From: a candidate division FCPU426 bacterium
GTDB taxonomy: Bacteria > Oederibacteriota > Muellerivitia > Muellerivitales > Muellerivitaceae
Direction of reading: 5' to 3'
Assembly (NCBI GenBank): GCA_963847625.1
Contig: CAWKAR010000017.1
Location: 1-13,488 of the forward strand
DNA: 13,488 nucleotides
Positions 1 through 7,230 of the stretch are shown piece by piece. The notes below the pieces were generated by a model, which saw only the letters and a list, made by a program, of their open reading frames with translations, did not search any database and was not told the DNA's origin. The position numbers and the translations under genes are program-made. How positions within the stretch are numbered: position 1 is the first letter of the stretch; every line of letters begins with the position of its first letter.

Positions 1-872
1 TAATAAGCCGTTAAATGGATGGGGACGGCCATCTTCGCGAGGTAGAAAATCAGCGAGTGAAGAGCGTTCATCAGGCGGAAAGAAAGGCTCAAGTGCTCAA
101 GACCCGCCATCGCCCCTGCTTGGGCCTGGGCCGCAATGGTCAACAACCCCAATATGAAGGGCAGAAGGAAATACGAGCTTTCTCCATGATCACCTTGGCG
201 CGGTTCGCGGAAAGCCTTCCGAGGGGCCAGGCATCCAACAACAGAAAAACCACCGGAAGCGTCACGGCCAGGGGTTTCGCCATCAAGGCCAATAAAAAAC
301 AAACCCAGGGACAAGTAGTACTTGGAGATGCTCTTCGCCCCGGCGGTTACGCAATCCAGGTAAACCAGCAAACTCGCGAAAAAGAAAAGACAGCAAAGAA
401 GCAGGTTGCGTTCGGTAGCCCAAGCCACCGGTTCCACGTGCAGGGGATGAAGCCCGAAAAGGATCGAGGTCGACAAGGCCGCCGCCATCACGCCGTTCGG
501 CGTAAAACCATTTTCCAGCAAAGATCCCTTCCTGACCGCCAGGTTAATCAACCGGAAGCTCAGGAAAAAAACCAGCAGGGTGTTGACGGCATGCAGGAAA
601 AGGTTATCCAGGTGGTAGGCCCTGGGGTTCAAGCCGCCCCAAAGGTAATCCAGGGCGAACGAAAGCCAGGTGAGGGGCATCCAGTTCCCCGTGCGGATGT
701 CCGTGAACATCCAATAGAGGTTGGGCAAATTCAGGGAGCGAATATGGAGGTTTTCGGAGATGACTTTCGCGTCGTCCCAGTTCGTGAACTCGTTTTGCAG
801 GACAGGAAAATAAGCCAGGAGGGTGAGCAGGACGGGCAGATACGCGAGGGTCCAGAGCCAGCTCTGGTTCAC
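1..872 (-). CDS. TMTC-like (GT-C fold, O-mannosyltransferase-like) multi-pass membrane protein, usually with C-terminal TPRs; 3' end lies beyond the window edge; contains an internal compensated frameshift
   Basis: Manual translation from GTG at 872 is open to position 1 and is absent from the ORF track: MNQSWLWTLAYLPVLLTLLAYFPVLQNEFTNWDDAKVISEN...GNWMPLTWLSFALDYLWGGLNPRAYHLDNLFLHAVN...LFGLHPLHVEPVAWATER. The WDD, PLTWLS, YHLxNLxLH and HPLHVEPVAW motifs are typical of bacterial TMTC-type proteins. Confidence 0.85.
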   Translation of the reverse strand, partial: MNQSWLWTLAYLPVLLTLLAYFPVLQNEFTNWDDAKVISENLHIRSLNLPNLYWMFTDIRTGNWMPLTWLSFALDYLWGGLNPRAYHLDNLFLHAVNTLLVFFLSFRLINLAVRKGSLLENGFTPNGVMAAALSTSILFGLHPLHVEPVAWATERNLLLCCLFFFASLLVYLDCVTAGAKSISKYYLSLGLFFIGLDGETPGRDASGGFSVVGCLAPRKAFREPRQGDHGESSYFLLPFILGLLTIAAQAQAGAMAGLEHLSLSFRLMNALHSLIFYLAKMAVPIHLTAY

Positions 873-1032
873 GGCAGGGCCGTAATGAGCCGGAACCGCA
901 GACTCTCCCCGTCTTTCAACTGTTCAAGAATCTTCCGAACCTGCCGGTGGCTCAAACCCGTTTGGAGGCACAACTCTTCCACTGAAAGATTGCGGTTTTG
1001 CGGATAAAATCTCTTTTGGATAATTGGGGCAA
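869..1032 (-). pseudogene. Probable frameshifted N-terminal helix-turn-helix-like extension of the TMTC-like gene
   Basis: TTG at 1032 gives MPQLSKRDFIR. After a 1-nt shift at the T4 run (~996-999) it reads NRNLSVEELCLQTGLSHRQVRKILEQLKDGE, which is HTH-like. A second 1-nt shift near 905-910 joins it to SAVPAHYGPAVNQSWLW of the main frame. Uncorrected, the HTH frame stops at TGA 871-869, overlapping GTG 872. Confidence 0.5.
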
Positions 1033-1056
1033 AAGAAACCGGCCTTTAGAAAAAGG

Positions 1057-1233
1057 TTATTTCTTTATATAAACGTTCAAGCCCACTTTTTCATTCCGCT
1101 CGGGAACCGAGATGTTGCCTTCAGTTGAGGCGATGATGGTGGTCTTGCCGGAGGAGGACGGGCCGTATTCTTTTGACAGGTCCACCTTGATCGTCAGGAT
1201 GTTGCCTTCCACTTTCATTTCGACGTTTTTCAT
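1057..1233 (-). CDS. Small 58-aa hypothetical protein with a GPSSSGKT motif
   Basis: ATG at 1233 with an AAGGAG RBS, TAA at 1059-1057. Translation: MKNVEMKVEGNILTIKVDLSKEYGPSSSGKTTIIASTEGNISVPERNEKVGLNVYIKK. Shorter than anything in the ORF track; resembles a small conserved hypothetical family I recall. Confidence 0.85.
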   Translation of the reverse strand: MKNVEMKVEGNILTIKVDLSKEYGPSSSGKTTIIASTEGNISVPERNEKVGLNVYIKK

Positions 1234-1294
1234 ATTTCGGCTCCTTTGAACTTAAAACAAATGATTAAAAGGAAGTTTAAATTTCGACGTTTTC

Positions 1295-4200
1295 TTATCT
1301 AACCATGAAATATTCGCAGTCGGGGTGGTGGATCACGATGGCGCTGGTGGATTGCTCGGGCACCATCATGAAGGCTTCCGTAAGGGTGACGCCGATGGCC
1401 TTCGTGGCGTCCAGAAGCCTGAAATACTTCTCCTGGTCGGATTGCTCGGGGCAGGCGGGATATCCGGGCGAATAACGCTTCCCTTGCCCGATGGGCAGGC
1501 TCCATTCTTTCCGGATTCTGCGGTGAATCCACTCTGCCATGGCTTCGGCGGTCTGGACCGCCAACCCGTGCATATAGTAGCTTTCGGAGTATTTCCCGTC
1601 CTTGTTCAACTGCTCCACGATCTTGGTGGCCTTGCCGCCGATAGTGACAACCTGGAAAGCCACCACATCCTTCTCTCCCGAGGAAACTGGCTTGAAATAA
1701 TCGGAAAGGCACAGGTGCCGTCCAACCCTCTGACGGGGGAATTTGAACCGTTCCAGTTCCTTCTGGCTGTTGCCCTCATATATAAGCAGGTCGTTGCCGT
1801 CGGAGTTGGCCAGGAAGAACCCGTAAACCAGCTTGGGTTCGAACCAGCCCTTGGCAAGGACTTCTTCCTGCATCCTCAAGCGCATCGGCTCGAACTGGGT
1901 CTTGATGAGGTTCTTATATTCCTCGGAATCCTTGGCCTTCACCCCCCAATTGAGCTTGTAAAGCTGGGTTAGGTCCAGGTAAGGCCAGACTTCCCTTAAG
2001 GGGACCTTATTAATAATAGAAGTCCCCGCGAAGGGGTTTTTCGGGATGCTCAAGGCCGGTTTCACCGTGGGAGGGTATTTGTCCGGCGTGGCTTCCCCCT
2101 CCGGCTGTTTTACTTCCGCGAACCCGGCGGCTTTGGACTTCAAGGCTTCCTCTTTAATGCGGTTGCGGAAGGTTTCTCGGCTGGCCAGGTCCGACAGGGC
2201 GTTGAGGATATCCAACCCTTCGAATGCGTCCTTGGCGTAATAGACCCCTGGCTCGTAGAAATTTTCTCCGTCCACGAAGCTCATGCGGTAACCGTAGCGG
2301 CGGTTGATGGCAGCGCCCCCCACCACCACGGGATAGGACAGGCCCATCTTTTCGAGTTCCTGTACGCAGATGGGCATCTGCTTGGAGGTGACCACCAGCA
2401 GGGCCGAGAGCCCGATGGCGTCGGCCTTCACTTCCTGGGCCTTGGCGATGATGGTGGAGATGGGCACCTGCTTGCCCAGGTCGTAAACCGTGAAGCCGTT
2501 GTTGGCAAGGATCGTCCGCACCAGGTTCTTTCCGATGTCGTGCACGTCCCCGTAAACCGTGGCCAGGACCACCTTGCCCTTGCTGGAGGAGGTGTTCTTA
2601 TTCAGGAACTGTTCCACGTAGCTTACGGCCTTTTTCATGACCTCGGCGGATTGGAGCACGAAAGGCAGGATCAGCTCGCCCGCGCCAAACTTGTCCCCCA
2701 CTTCCTTCATCGCGGGAAGCAGGACGGTATTGAGGGTATCCACCGCGCTCTTTCCCTTCAGCACCTCGGCCAGGTCTTCCTCGATCTTGTCGGGCTTGCG
2801 GTTGACGATCTTCCAATGGACCTTCTGGGCCGGGGTCATGCCCTCGGTGGGGTCTTTGCCCCCCTGGCTTTCCACCGGGGCCTTCCCGGCGAAATACTGG
2901 ATGAACTTGGCCAGGGCGTCGGGCTCCTTGTTGAAAACCAGGTTGTCCGCCAGGCGCCTTTCCTCCTCGGGGATGGACGAATAGGGCTTGATGTCCGCGG
3001 GGTTCAGGATCGCCAGGTCCAACCCCGCCTTCACGCTGTGGTATAGGAAGACGGAGTTGAGGACTTCGCGCGCGGGCTTGGCCAGCCCGAAGGATACGTT
3101 GGAAACGCCCAGGATGGTCCGCACCCCCGGCATCTCCTTCTTGATGAGCCGGATGCCCTCGATGGTTTCCACCGCCGAGTTCTTGAACTCCTCCTCGCCG
3201 GTGGCCAAGGTGAAGGTGAGCGCGTCGAACACCAGGTCGTCGGCGGGAATGCCGTATTCCGTCACGCAGATGTCCGTGATCTTCTTGGCCACTTCCAGCT
3301 TTCGGGCCGCGGTCTTGGCCATGCCCTTTTCCTGGGGCTTGGACTTGTCGTAATAGAGGTCATCTATGGTCATGGCCACGAGGGCCGCGCCGTATTTCTT
3401 GGCGATCGGACAGAATTTCCGCACCCGCGAGCCGTCGCCTTCCAGGTTGATGGAGTTGATGAGGGCCCTCCCCGGGTAGGTCTTCAGGGCGGCCTCCACC
3501 ACCTCCGCCTCGGTAGAGTCGATCATGAGGGGGGTGTCCACGCCCAAAGCCATCTTTTTCACGACCTTCTTCATCTGCTCCTTCTCGTCGGTTCGCTCGG
3601 TCACCGCCACGCAAACATCCAGCACGTGGGCCCCGCCCTCCGCCTGGCCCCGGCCCACCACCACCATTCCGTCGTAATCCTCGGCCAGGAGCATCTGCTT
3701 GATCTTGCGGGAACCCTGGGCGTTGACCCTCTCCCCCACGATCAGGGGTTTGGGGTCCTGGTCCAGGGAAACACCCTTGATCATCGAGGAAACGTCGCAA
3801 AGATGGGTAATAGCGCGCTTCTTGGGGGCCCGATGGCCGATGGCGGCCACGACCCGGCGCATGTGCTCGTGGGTGGAGCCGCAACACCCCCCCACCACGC
3901 TGACACCGTATTCTTCCACGAATTCCTTGAGGGCGGCGGCCAGTGCCTCTGGCGTCAGGGGGTAAACCGCGTGGCCCCCCCGGTTCTCGGGCAGGCCCGC
4001 GTTGGGGATGGTGGAAATGGGGAAAGGGGAAAATTGGGAAAGGTACCGCACTGGGTCCTTCATTTCCTTGGGGCCGGTGGAGCAGTTCATTCCGATCACG
4101 TCGATGGGAAGCCGGGAGAAAGTGGAAAGCACCGAGCTGATGTCAGTGCCCAGGAGCATGCGGCCCGTGGTGTCCAGGGTGGTCTGGGCCATGAGGGCGA

Positions 4201-4768
4201 CGCCGGCCTTTTTCTCCTGCCTCGCGCGGTGGCAGCCGAAAACCGCGGCGCGCATTTCCAGGATGTCCTGGCTGGTTTCGATCAGCAGGGCGTCCACGCC
4301 CGCGTCGATCATGATACTGGCCTGCTCGTAGTAAACGGCTTCCAGCTCGTCTACCGTGATCTTGCCCAGGTCCGGGTCCTCCGAGGCGGGAAGCATGCCC
4401 GTGGGGCCCATCGATCCCACGACGAATCGGGGTTGGTCGGGGGTGGAGTATTTCACGGCGAGTTCTCTCGCCAGCTTGACCGCCGCGGTATTAACCTCGA
4501 CGATTTGGTCGGCGACGCCGTACTCGGCGAGCTTGATGCGGTTGGAGCCGAAGGTGTTGGTTTCCAGCGCGTCCACGCCGGCCTGGAGGAATCCCTCGTG
4601 GATTTCCCGTACCACCTGGGGCTTGGACAGAACCAGGTAGTCGTTCAGGCCTTCCTTGCCCCCGAAATCCTCGCGGCTCAGGTTATAGGCCTGGATATTG
4701 GTCCCCATGGCGCCGTCGAAGATGAGGACCTTCTCTTTTAACACGTCCATGAAAAGCGGGCGAGACAC
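1295..4768 (-). CDS. metH: Cobalamin-dependent methionine synthase
   Basis: 1157 aa with all domains present: homocysteine-binding (DGAMGT, GMNC, GGCCG Zn ligands), pterin-binding (IVGERVN, INSINLE), cap (MKEVGDKFGAGELILPFVLQSAEVMK), B12-binding (DVHDIGKN, IGLSALL, VVGGAA) and AdoMet activation (RYSPGYPACP). Confidence 0.98.
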   Translation of the reverse strand: MSRPLFMDVLKEKVLIFDGAMGTNIQAYNLSREDFGGKEGLNDYLVLSKPQVVREIHEGFLQAGVDALETNTFGSNRIKLAEYGVADQIVEVNTAAVKLARELAVKYSTPDQPRFVVGSMGPTGMLPASEDPDLGKITVDELEAVYYEQASIMIDAGVDALLIETSQDILEMRAAVFGCHRARQEKKAGVALMAQTTLDTTGRMLLGTDISSVLSTFSRLPIDVIGMNCSTGPKEMKDPVRYLSQFSPFPISTIPNAGLPENRGGHAVYPLTPEALAAALKEFVEEYGVSVVGGCCGSTHEHMRRVVAAIGHRAPKKRAITHLCDVSSMIKGVSLDQDPKPLIVGERVNAQGSRKIKQMLLAEDYDGMVVVGRGQAEGGAHVLDVCVAVTERTDEKEQMKKVVKKMALGVDTPLMIDSTEAEVVEAALKTYPGRALINSINLEGDGSRVRKFCPIAKKYGAALVAMTIDDLYYDKSKPQEKGMAKTAARKLEVAKKITDICVTEYGIPADDLVFDALTFTLATGEEEFKNSAVETIEGIRLIKKEMPGVRTILGVSNVSFGLAKPAREVLNSVFLYHSVKAGLDLAILNPADIKPYSSIPEEERRLADNLVFNKEPDALAKFIQYFAGKAPVESQGGKDPTEGMTPAQKVHWKIVNRKPDKIEEDLAEVLKGKSAVDTLNTVLLPAMKEVGDKFGAGELILPFVLQSAEVMKKAVSYVEQFLNKNTSSSKGKVVLATVYGDVHDIGKNLVRTILANNGFTVYDLGKQVPISTIIAKAQEVKADAIGLSALLVVTSKQMPICVQELEKMGLSYPVVVGGAAINRRYGYRMSFVDGENFYEPGVYYAKDAFEGLDILNALSDLASRETFRNRIKEEALKSKAAGFAEVKQPEGEATPDKYPPTVKPALSIPKNPFAGTSIINKVPLREVWPYLDLTQLYKLNWGVKAKDSEEYKNLIKTQFEPMRLRMQEEVLAKGWFEPKLVYGFFLANSDGNDLLIYEGNSQKELERFKFPRQRVGRHLCLSDYFKPVSSGEKDVVAFQVVTIGGKATKIVEQLNKDGKYSESYYMHGLAVQTAEAMAEWIHRRIRKEWSLPIGQGKRYSPGYPACPEQSDQEKYFRLLDATKAIGVTLTEAFMMVPEQSTSAIVIHHPDCEYFMVR

Positions 4769-4801
4769 GTTAGACCCCCGGAAATTCTTGAAAGTCGCAA
4801 C

Positions 4802-4830
4802 AGTTTAGGGAGTTTGAGGAGGGGGTTCAA
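4802..4830 (-). promoter_or_regulatory. Putative sigma70 promoter of metH
   Basis: Minus strand TTGAAC (4830-4825), N17, TAAACT (4807-4802), ending about 34 nt before the GTG start. Confidence 0.5.
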
Positions 4831-4995
4831 GGCGTTATTCCAGGGTAGAAAAGAACTCAGCCGGAGGAAACCATGGGGTTTAACGGTTGGAACGATTTAT
4901 TTTAGGGGGCTTTTAGGACTTCCTTGGGTAGGTCTAGACGGTTTTTTTCGCCTTTCTGAAAGGTTGAAACCTTCAAAAGCGGTTATGGAAACCCC

Positions 4996-5024
4996 ATGAA
5001 TCCTCATGCCGCAGCGGGTATGAT
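4996..5024 (+). promoter_or_regulatory. Putative promoter giving a leaderless or near-leaderless TMEM165/GDT1 transcript
   Basis: ATGAAT (4996-5001), N17, TATGAT (5019-5024). The ATG at 5033 follows 8 nt later and there is no Shine-Dalgarno sequence. Confidence 0.4.
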
Positions 5025-5032
5025 GGCACCCC

Positions 5033-5635
5033 ATGGGAATCAATTTTATTCATCCGAGCCTGGATCTTTCTCTTTTCCTCTCCACCTTCGCGGTTATTTT
5101 CCTGGCCGAACTTCCGGACAAGACCGCTTTGGCCATCATTCTCCTGGCCTCCCGGAGGCAACCGCTGGGGATCTTTATCGGCGTGGCGGCGGCCTACGTC
5201 GTTCAAAACGCCGTGGCGGTCATATTTGGGGGCTTGATCGCGCTATTACCACCCCACATCGTTCATATAATCGCCGGTTTGCTTTTCCTTGTTTTTGCTT
5301 TTCTCATCTGGAAAGAAAATTCAAACGAGAAGGAAGTTTCTGTCTCGGCGGACAAAAGATCATTCCTGGGAGTGGTGGTTGCTTCTTTTATGGTCATCTT
5401 TATCGCGGAATGGGGGGACCTGACCCAGCTGGCCACAGTCACCCTCGTCGCCAGGACCCGCCAGCCCATCACCGTTTTTCTCGCATCGACCCTGGCCCTT
5501 TGGACCACAACCGCCCTTTTGATTTTTGTCGGTTATAACGTGAAAAAATTTCTCAAGCCCCGGATTTTGCGAATCGTCGCTGCCCTGGCTTTTACCGCCG
5601 TCGGAATTCTTCTTTTGGCGGGATTTTGGGACTAA
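5033..5635 (+). CDS. TMEM165/GDT1 (UPF0016) family Ca2+/Mn2+ transporter
   Basis: 200 aa with about 6 TM segments and two copies of the family E-x-G-D-(K/R)-(S/T)-like motif: AELPDKT and AEWGDLTQ. Confidence 0.93.
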   Translation: MGINFIHPSLDLSLFLSTFAVIFLAELPDKTALAIILLASRRQPLGIFIGVAAAYVVQNAVAVIFGGLIALLPPHIVHIIAGLLFLVFAFLIWKENSNEKEVSVSADKRSFLGVVVASFMVIFIAEWGDLTQLATVTLVARTRQPITVFLASTLALWTTTALLIFVGYNVKKFLKPRILRIVAALAFTAVGILLLAGFWD

Positions 5636-5663
5636 CTAGGCCCAACCACCCGGGCCTTTATAC

Positions 5664-5693
5664 TTGCGGTAAAATTACGGTTTTAGGTAAGAT
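5664..5693 (+). promoter_or_regulatory. Putative sigma70 promoter of tRNA-Arg
   Basis: TTGCGG (5664-5669), N18, TAAGAT (5688-5693), about 50 nt upstream of the tRNA. Confidence 0.35.
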
Positions 5694-5742
5694 ACACGTC
5701 TTTTCCCGGGGCCTGTTAAAATAGCTCCAAGAAGAAACCAAT

Positions 5743-5819
5743 GCGCCTGTGGCTCAATTGGATAGAGCGACTGGCTACGGACCAGTAGGTTGGGGGTTCA
5801 AGTCCCTCCAGGCGCACCA
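5743..5819 (+). tRNA. tRNA-Arg (anticodon ACG)
   Basis: 77-nt cloverleaf: acceptor GCGCCTG/CAGGCGC, D-arm GCTC/GAGC, anticodon stem ACTGG/CCAGT with loop CT-ACG-GA (ACG at 5777-5779), T-arm GGGGG-TTCAAGT-CCCTC, and encoded CCA at 5817-5819. Confidence 0.98.
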
Positions 5820-5854
5820 CTTTAAAATTTTACAGTCCCCAGCAAGTTTAAACG

Positions 5855-5905
5855 GGCCTTTGTTTGCAACGGTTTTTTCGACCTGAGCAGGCGAAGGCCT
5901 TTTTT
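5855..5905 (+). terminator. Putative intrinsic terminator downstream of the tRNA
   Basis: GGCCTTTGTTTGC (5855-5867) pairs with GCAGGCGAAGGCC (5887-5899) over 13 bp including three G-U pairs, followed by T6 (5900-5905). Confidence 0.6.
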
Positions 5906-5910
5906 ATTGG

Positions 5911-5992
5911 TGACGGTTGAGAACACTTGGAGACGGTGAAATTACGATTTTGACGGTTGAGTTTGACACGTATATGACACGGATAAGACACG
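5911..5992 (+). repeat. Phased direct repeats resembling excisionase sites and tyrosine-integrase arm sites
   Basis: GACGGT at 5912, 5932 and 5952 (20-bp period; TGACGGTTGAG exact at 5911 and 5951), then (T/A)GACACG at 5964, 5975 and 5986 (11-bp period). Confidence 0.75.
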
Positions 5993-6122
5993 GGATTCTA
6001 TCCCCTAGAAAAGCAAACTTTAAATCGAAAGCAGTTCTTTTACCTTTTCAGGGTGAATTTAAATCAACCGGTTAATCTTAGTAGCAACTCCTCTGGGATG
6101 CCTAGTTCCCTGCTTCCAACGA

Positions 6123-6526
6123 CTACAACAAATTTAAAAATTGAGCTGGACTTTGAATCAAAATACCACGGGTCTTGTGAGGCTTATTCATGTGGGGGCC
6201 AAAATCCTTAAAGTCCCCGGTCAGCAAATGGGTAGCGCGTGCATGGATCGCCGAGAGGAATATGGGTTTGTCCTTATTGGGGAGCTGGATAGGACAATTC
6301 CCCTCCGTGACGGCTGGAATGGTTTCAACCCAACGGGAAAGGGTCCTTAAGTTGAGCAAGGCAGCCGGTCTTTTGAGGGAAAGGTTTCTTTCGGCTTCCA
6401 ACCAAGCCCAATCGCAAGTGACAAAAACCAGCCCGCTTCCTGGCCGGTTTGGATAAGGACATGGTGGGAACTTCGAGGATCATATGCGGCGGAGAAAAGG
6501 ACATTCGCGTCGAGGAAAATCCTCAT
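6123..6526 (-). pseudogene. PIN-domain (VapC-like) toxin split by a 1-nt deletion (real or sequencing error)
   Basis: ATG at 6526 overlaps the antitoxin TGA (ATGA) and reads MRIFLDANVLFSAAYDPRSSHHVLIQTGQEAG. A shift near the A5 run at 6423-6427 continues FVTCDWAWLEAERNL...LPNKDKPIFLSAIHARATHLLTGDFKDFG. The PIN acidic motifs DAN, E, KD and TGDxxDF are present. The span is 404 nt, one short of 135 codons. Confidence 0.88.
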
Positions 6527-6780
6527 TTTTTATGACTGAGTATCTTTTTGCGAAGAGAGGTTGTTTCCTCCCGCGTCAAGCGGCCCTCTTTTTTCCAGCG
6601 GGCGATTTGTTCGTTTGAATACAATTCAATTTCAAAAGGTTTCAAAAGCAAGTTGTTTCCATGTTCTTTCACCACAAAGGCGCGGCCAGTTTTTGTCCTC
6701 AATTGCCGCTTAAAGGATGCGGGTAACGAAAGAATGCCGCCTTGCAGAACGGCTATGGAACCTGAAGTTTTTTGGGTCAT
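6523..6780 (-). CDS. AbrB/MazE/SpoVT-like antitoxin
   Basis: ATG at 6780 with a GGGAG RBS is preferred over TTG 6858; 85 aa. GGILSLPASFKRQLRTKTGRAFVVKEHGNNLLLKP fits the swapped-hairpin pattern, followed by ELYSNEQIARW. Translationally coupled to the PIN gene. Confidence 0.75.
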   Translation of the reverse strand: MTQKTSGSIAVLQGGILSLPASFKRQLRTKTGRAFVVKEHGNNLLLKPFEIELYSNEQIARWKKEGRLTREETTSLRKKILSHKK

Positions 6781-6907
6781 GATGTAACTCCCAGTCCAGA
6801 CTATCTTTGAAGTCCGCCCCTGTGATGCAAAGAGCTGACTTCTTAAATAATTATACAATCATAGTTCTTAAAAAGAATCCGTGCTTTTAAATAACTTTTT
6901 AAACCCG

Positions 6908-7129
6908 TCAAAGCTTTTCAAGACTAGGGCACTCTAAACTTGACAAAAAAAGAGGTTTATCAATCCAAAGTTTTAAGTAAATCTTAAACAATTTATGAGC
7001 ACCTATCTCATCATATATCGCTCTTTTAACCGGAAAACCGGTTTTCTCGTCGTACCACAAAGACATTCTAATGTTTCGATTCGAATCAAGGTAATCATAT
7101 CGAAGTAATTTCATATCATTTCGCAGCAA
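6908..7129 (-). pseudogene. 5'-truncated diverged paralog of the adjacent 7231-7923 gene
   Basis: Ungapped alignment of MKLLRYDYLDSNRNIRMSLWYDEKTGFPVKRAIYDEIGAHKLFKIYLKLWIDKPLFL with MDLVKYDGYDSNGVLVSSEWRDLETGAQIEYLFYLKDGKPLALQYYYKLKVNKDFVL. Lacks a signal peptide and a clear RBS. Confidence 0.7.
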
Positions 7130-7180
7130 AAAGCCGGATTGAACAATATCACTAGGTCAAGCGGAGCTTAAATTTTGATC

Positions 7181-7215
7181 TTAGATAGCCCCCGAACTAG
7201 CCCGGGGTTATCCAC
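7181..7215 (-). repeat. REP-like GTGG-hairpin motif (copy 1)
   Basis: Minus strand GTGGATAACCCCGGGCTAGTTCGGGGGCTATCTAA, starting 16 nt after the 7231 stop; aligns with the motif at 11117-11150. Confidence 0.55.
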
Positions 7216-7230
7216 ATTTCTTTTCTAGAA

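Noticed and set aside
15..1007. 330-aa plus-strand ORF
   Set aside because: Antisense shadow of the minus-strand TMTC-like gene; it has no motifs of its own.
1299..4741. Many alternative-frame and antisense ORFs within metH (e.g. 3626-4741, 1325-1972, 3360-3887)
   Set aside because: Expected shadows of a GC-rich coding sequence, with low-complexity R/G/P-rich or reverse-codon-biased products.
4769..5032. Cobalamin or SAM riboswitch for metH, or yybP-ykoY riboswitch for TMEM165
   Set aside because: No recognisable conserved riboswitch motifs on either strand, and the predicted promoters leave very short leaders. An Rfam scan would be needed to exclude one fully.
4814..5538. ORFs 4814-4999, 4973-5206, 4996-5538 and 5263-5508
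   Set aside because: They overlap the well-supported TMEM165 gene or its promoter region and have no recognisable features.
5911..5992. CRISPR array or plasmid iterons
   Set aside because: The repeats are only 6-11 nt with no spacer-length unique sequences, and no cas or rep gene is adjacent. The position next to the tRNA favours att arm sites.
6781..6858. Extended antitoxin N-terminus from TTG 6858
   Set aside because: ATG 6780 has a GGGAG RBS, and the extension overlaps a TATAAT -10-like element (6855-6850), so it is probably untranslated leader.
7208..7216. Perfect DnaA box TTATCCACA
   Set aside because: Single copy with no cluster or oriC gene context; better explained as part of the REP-like motif (GTGGATAA on the minus strand).
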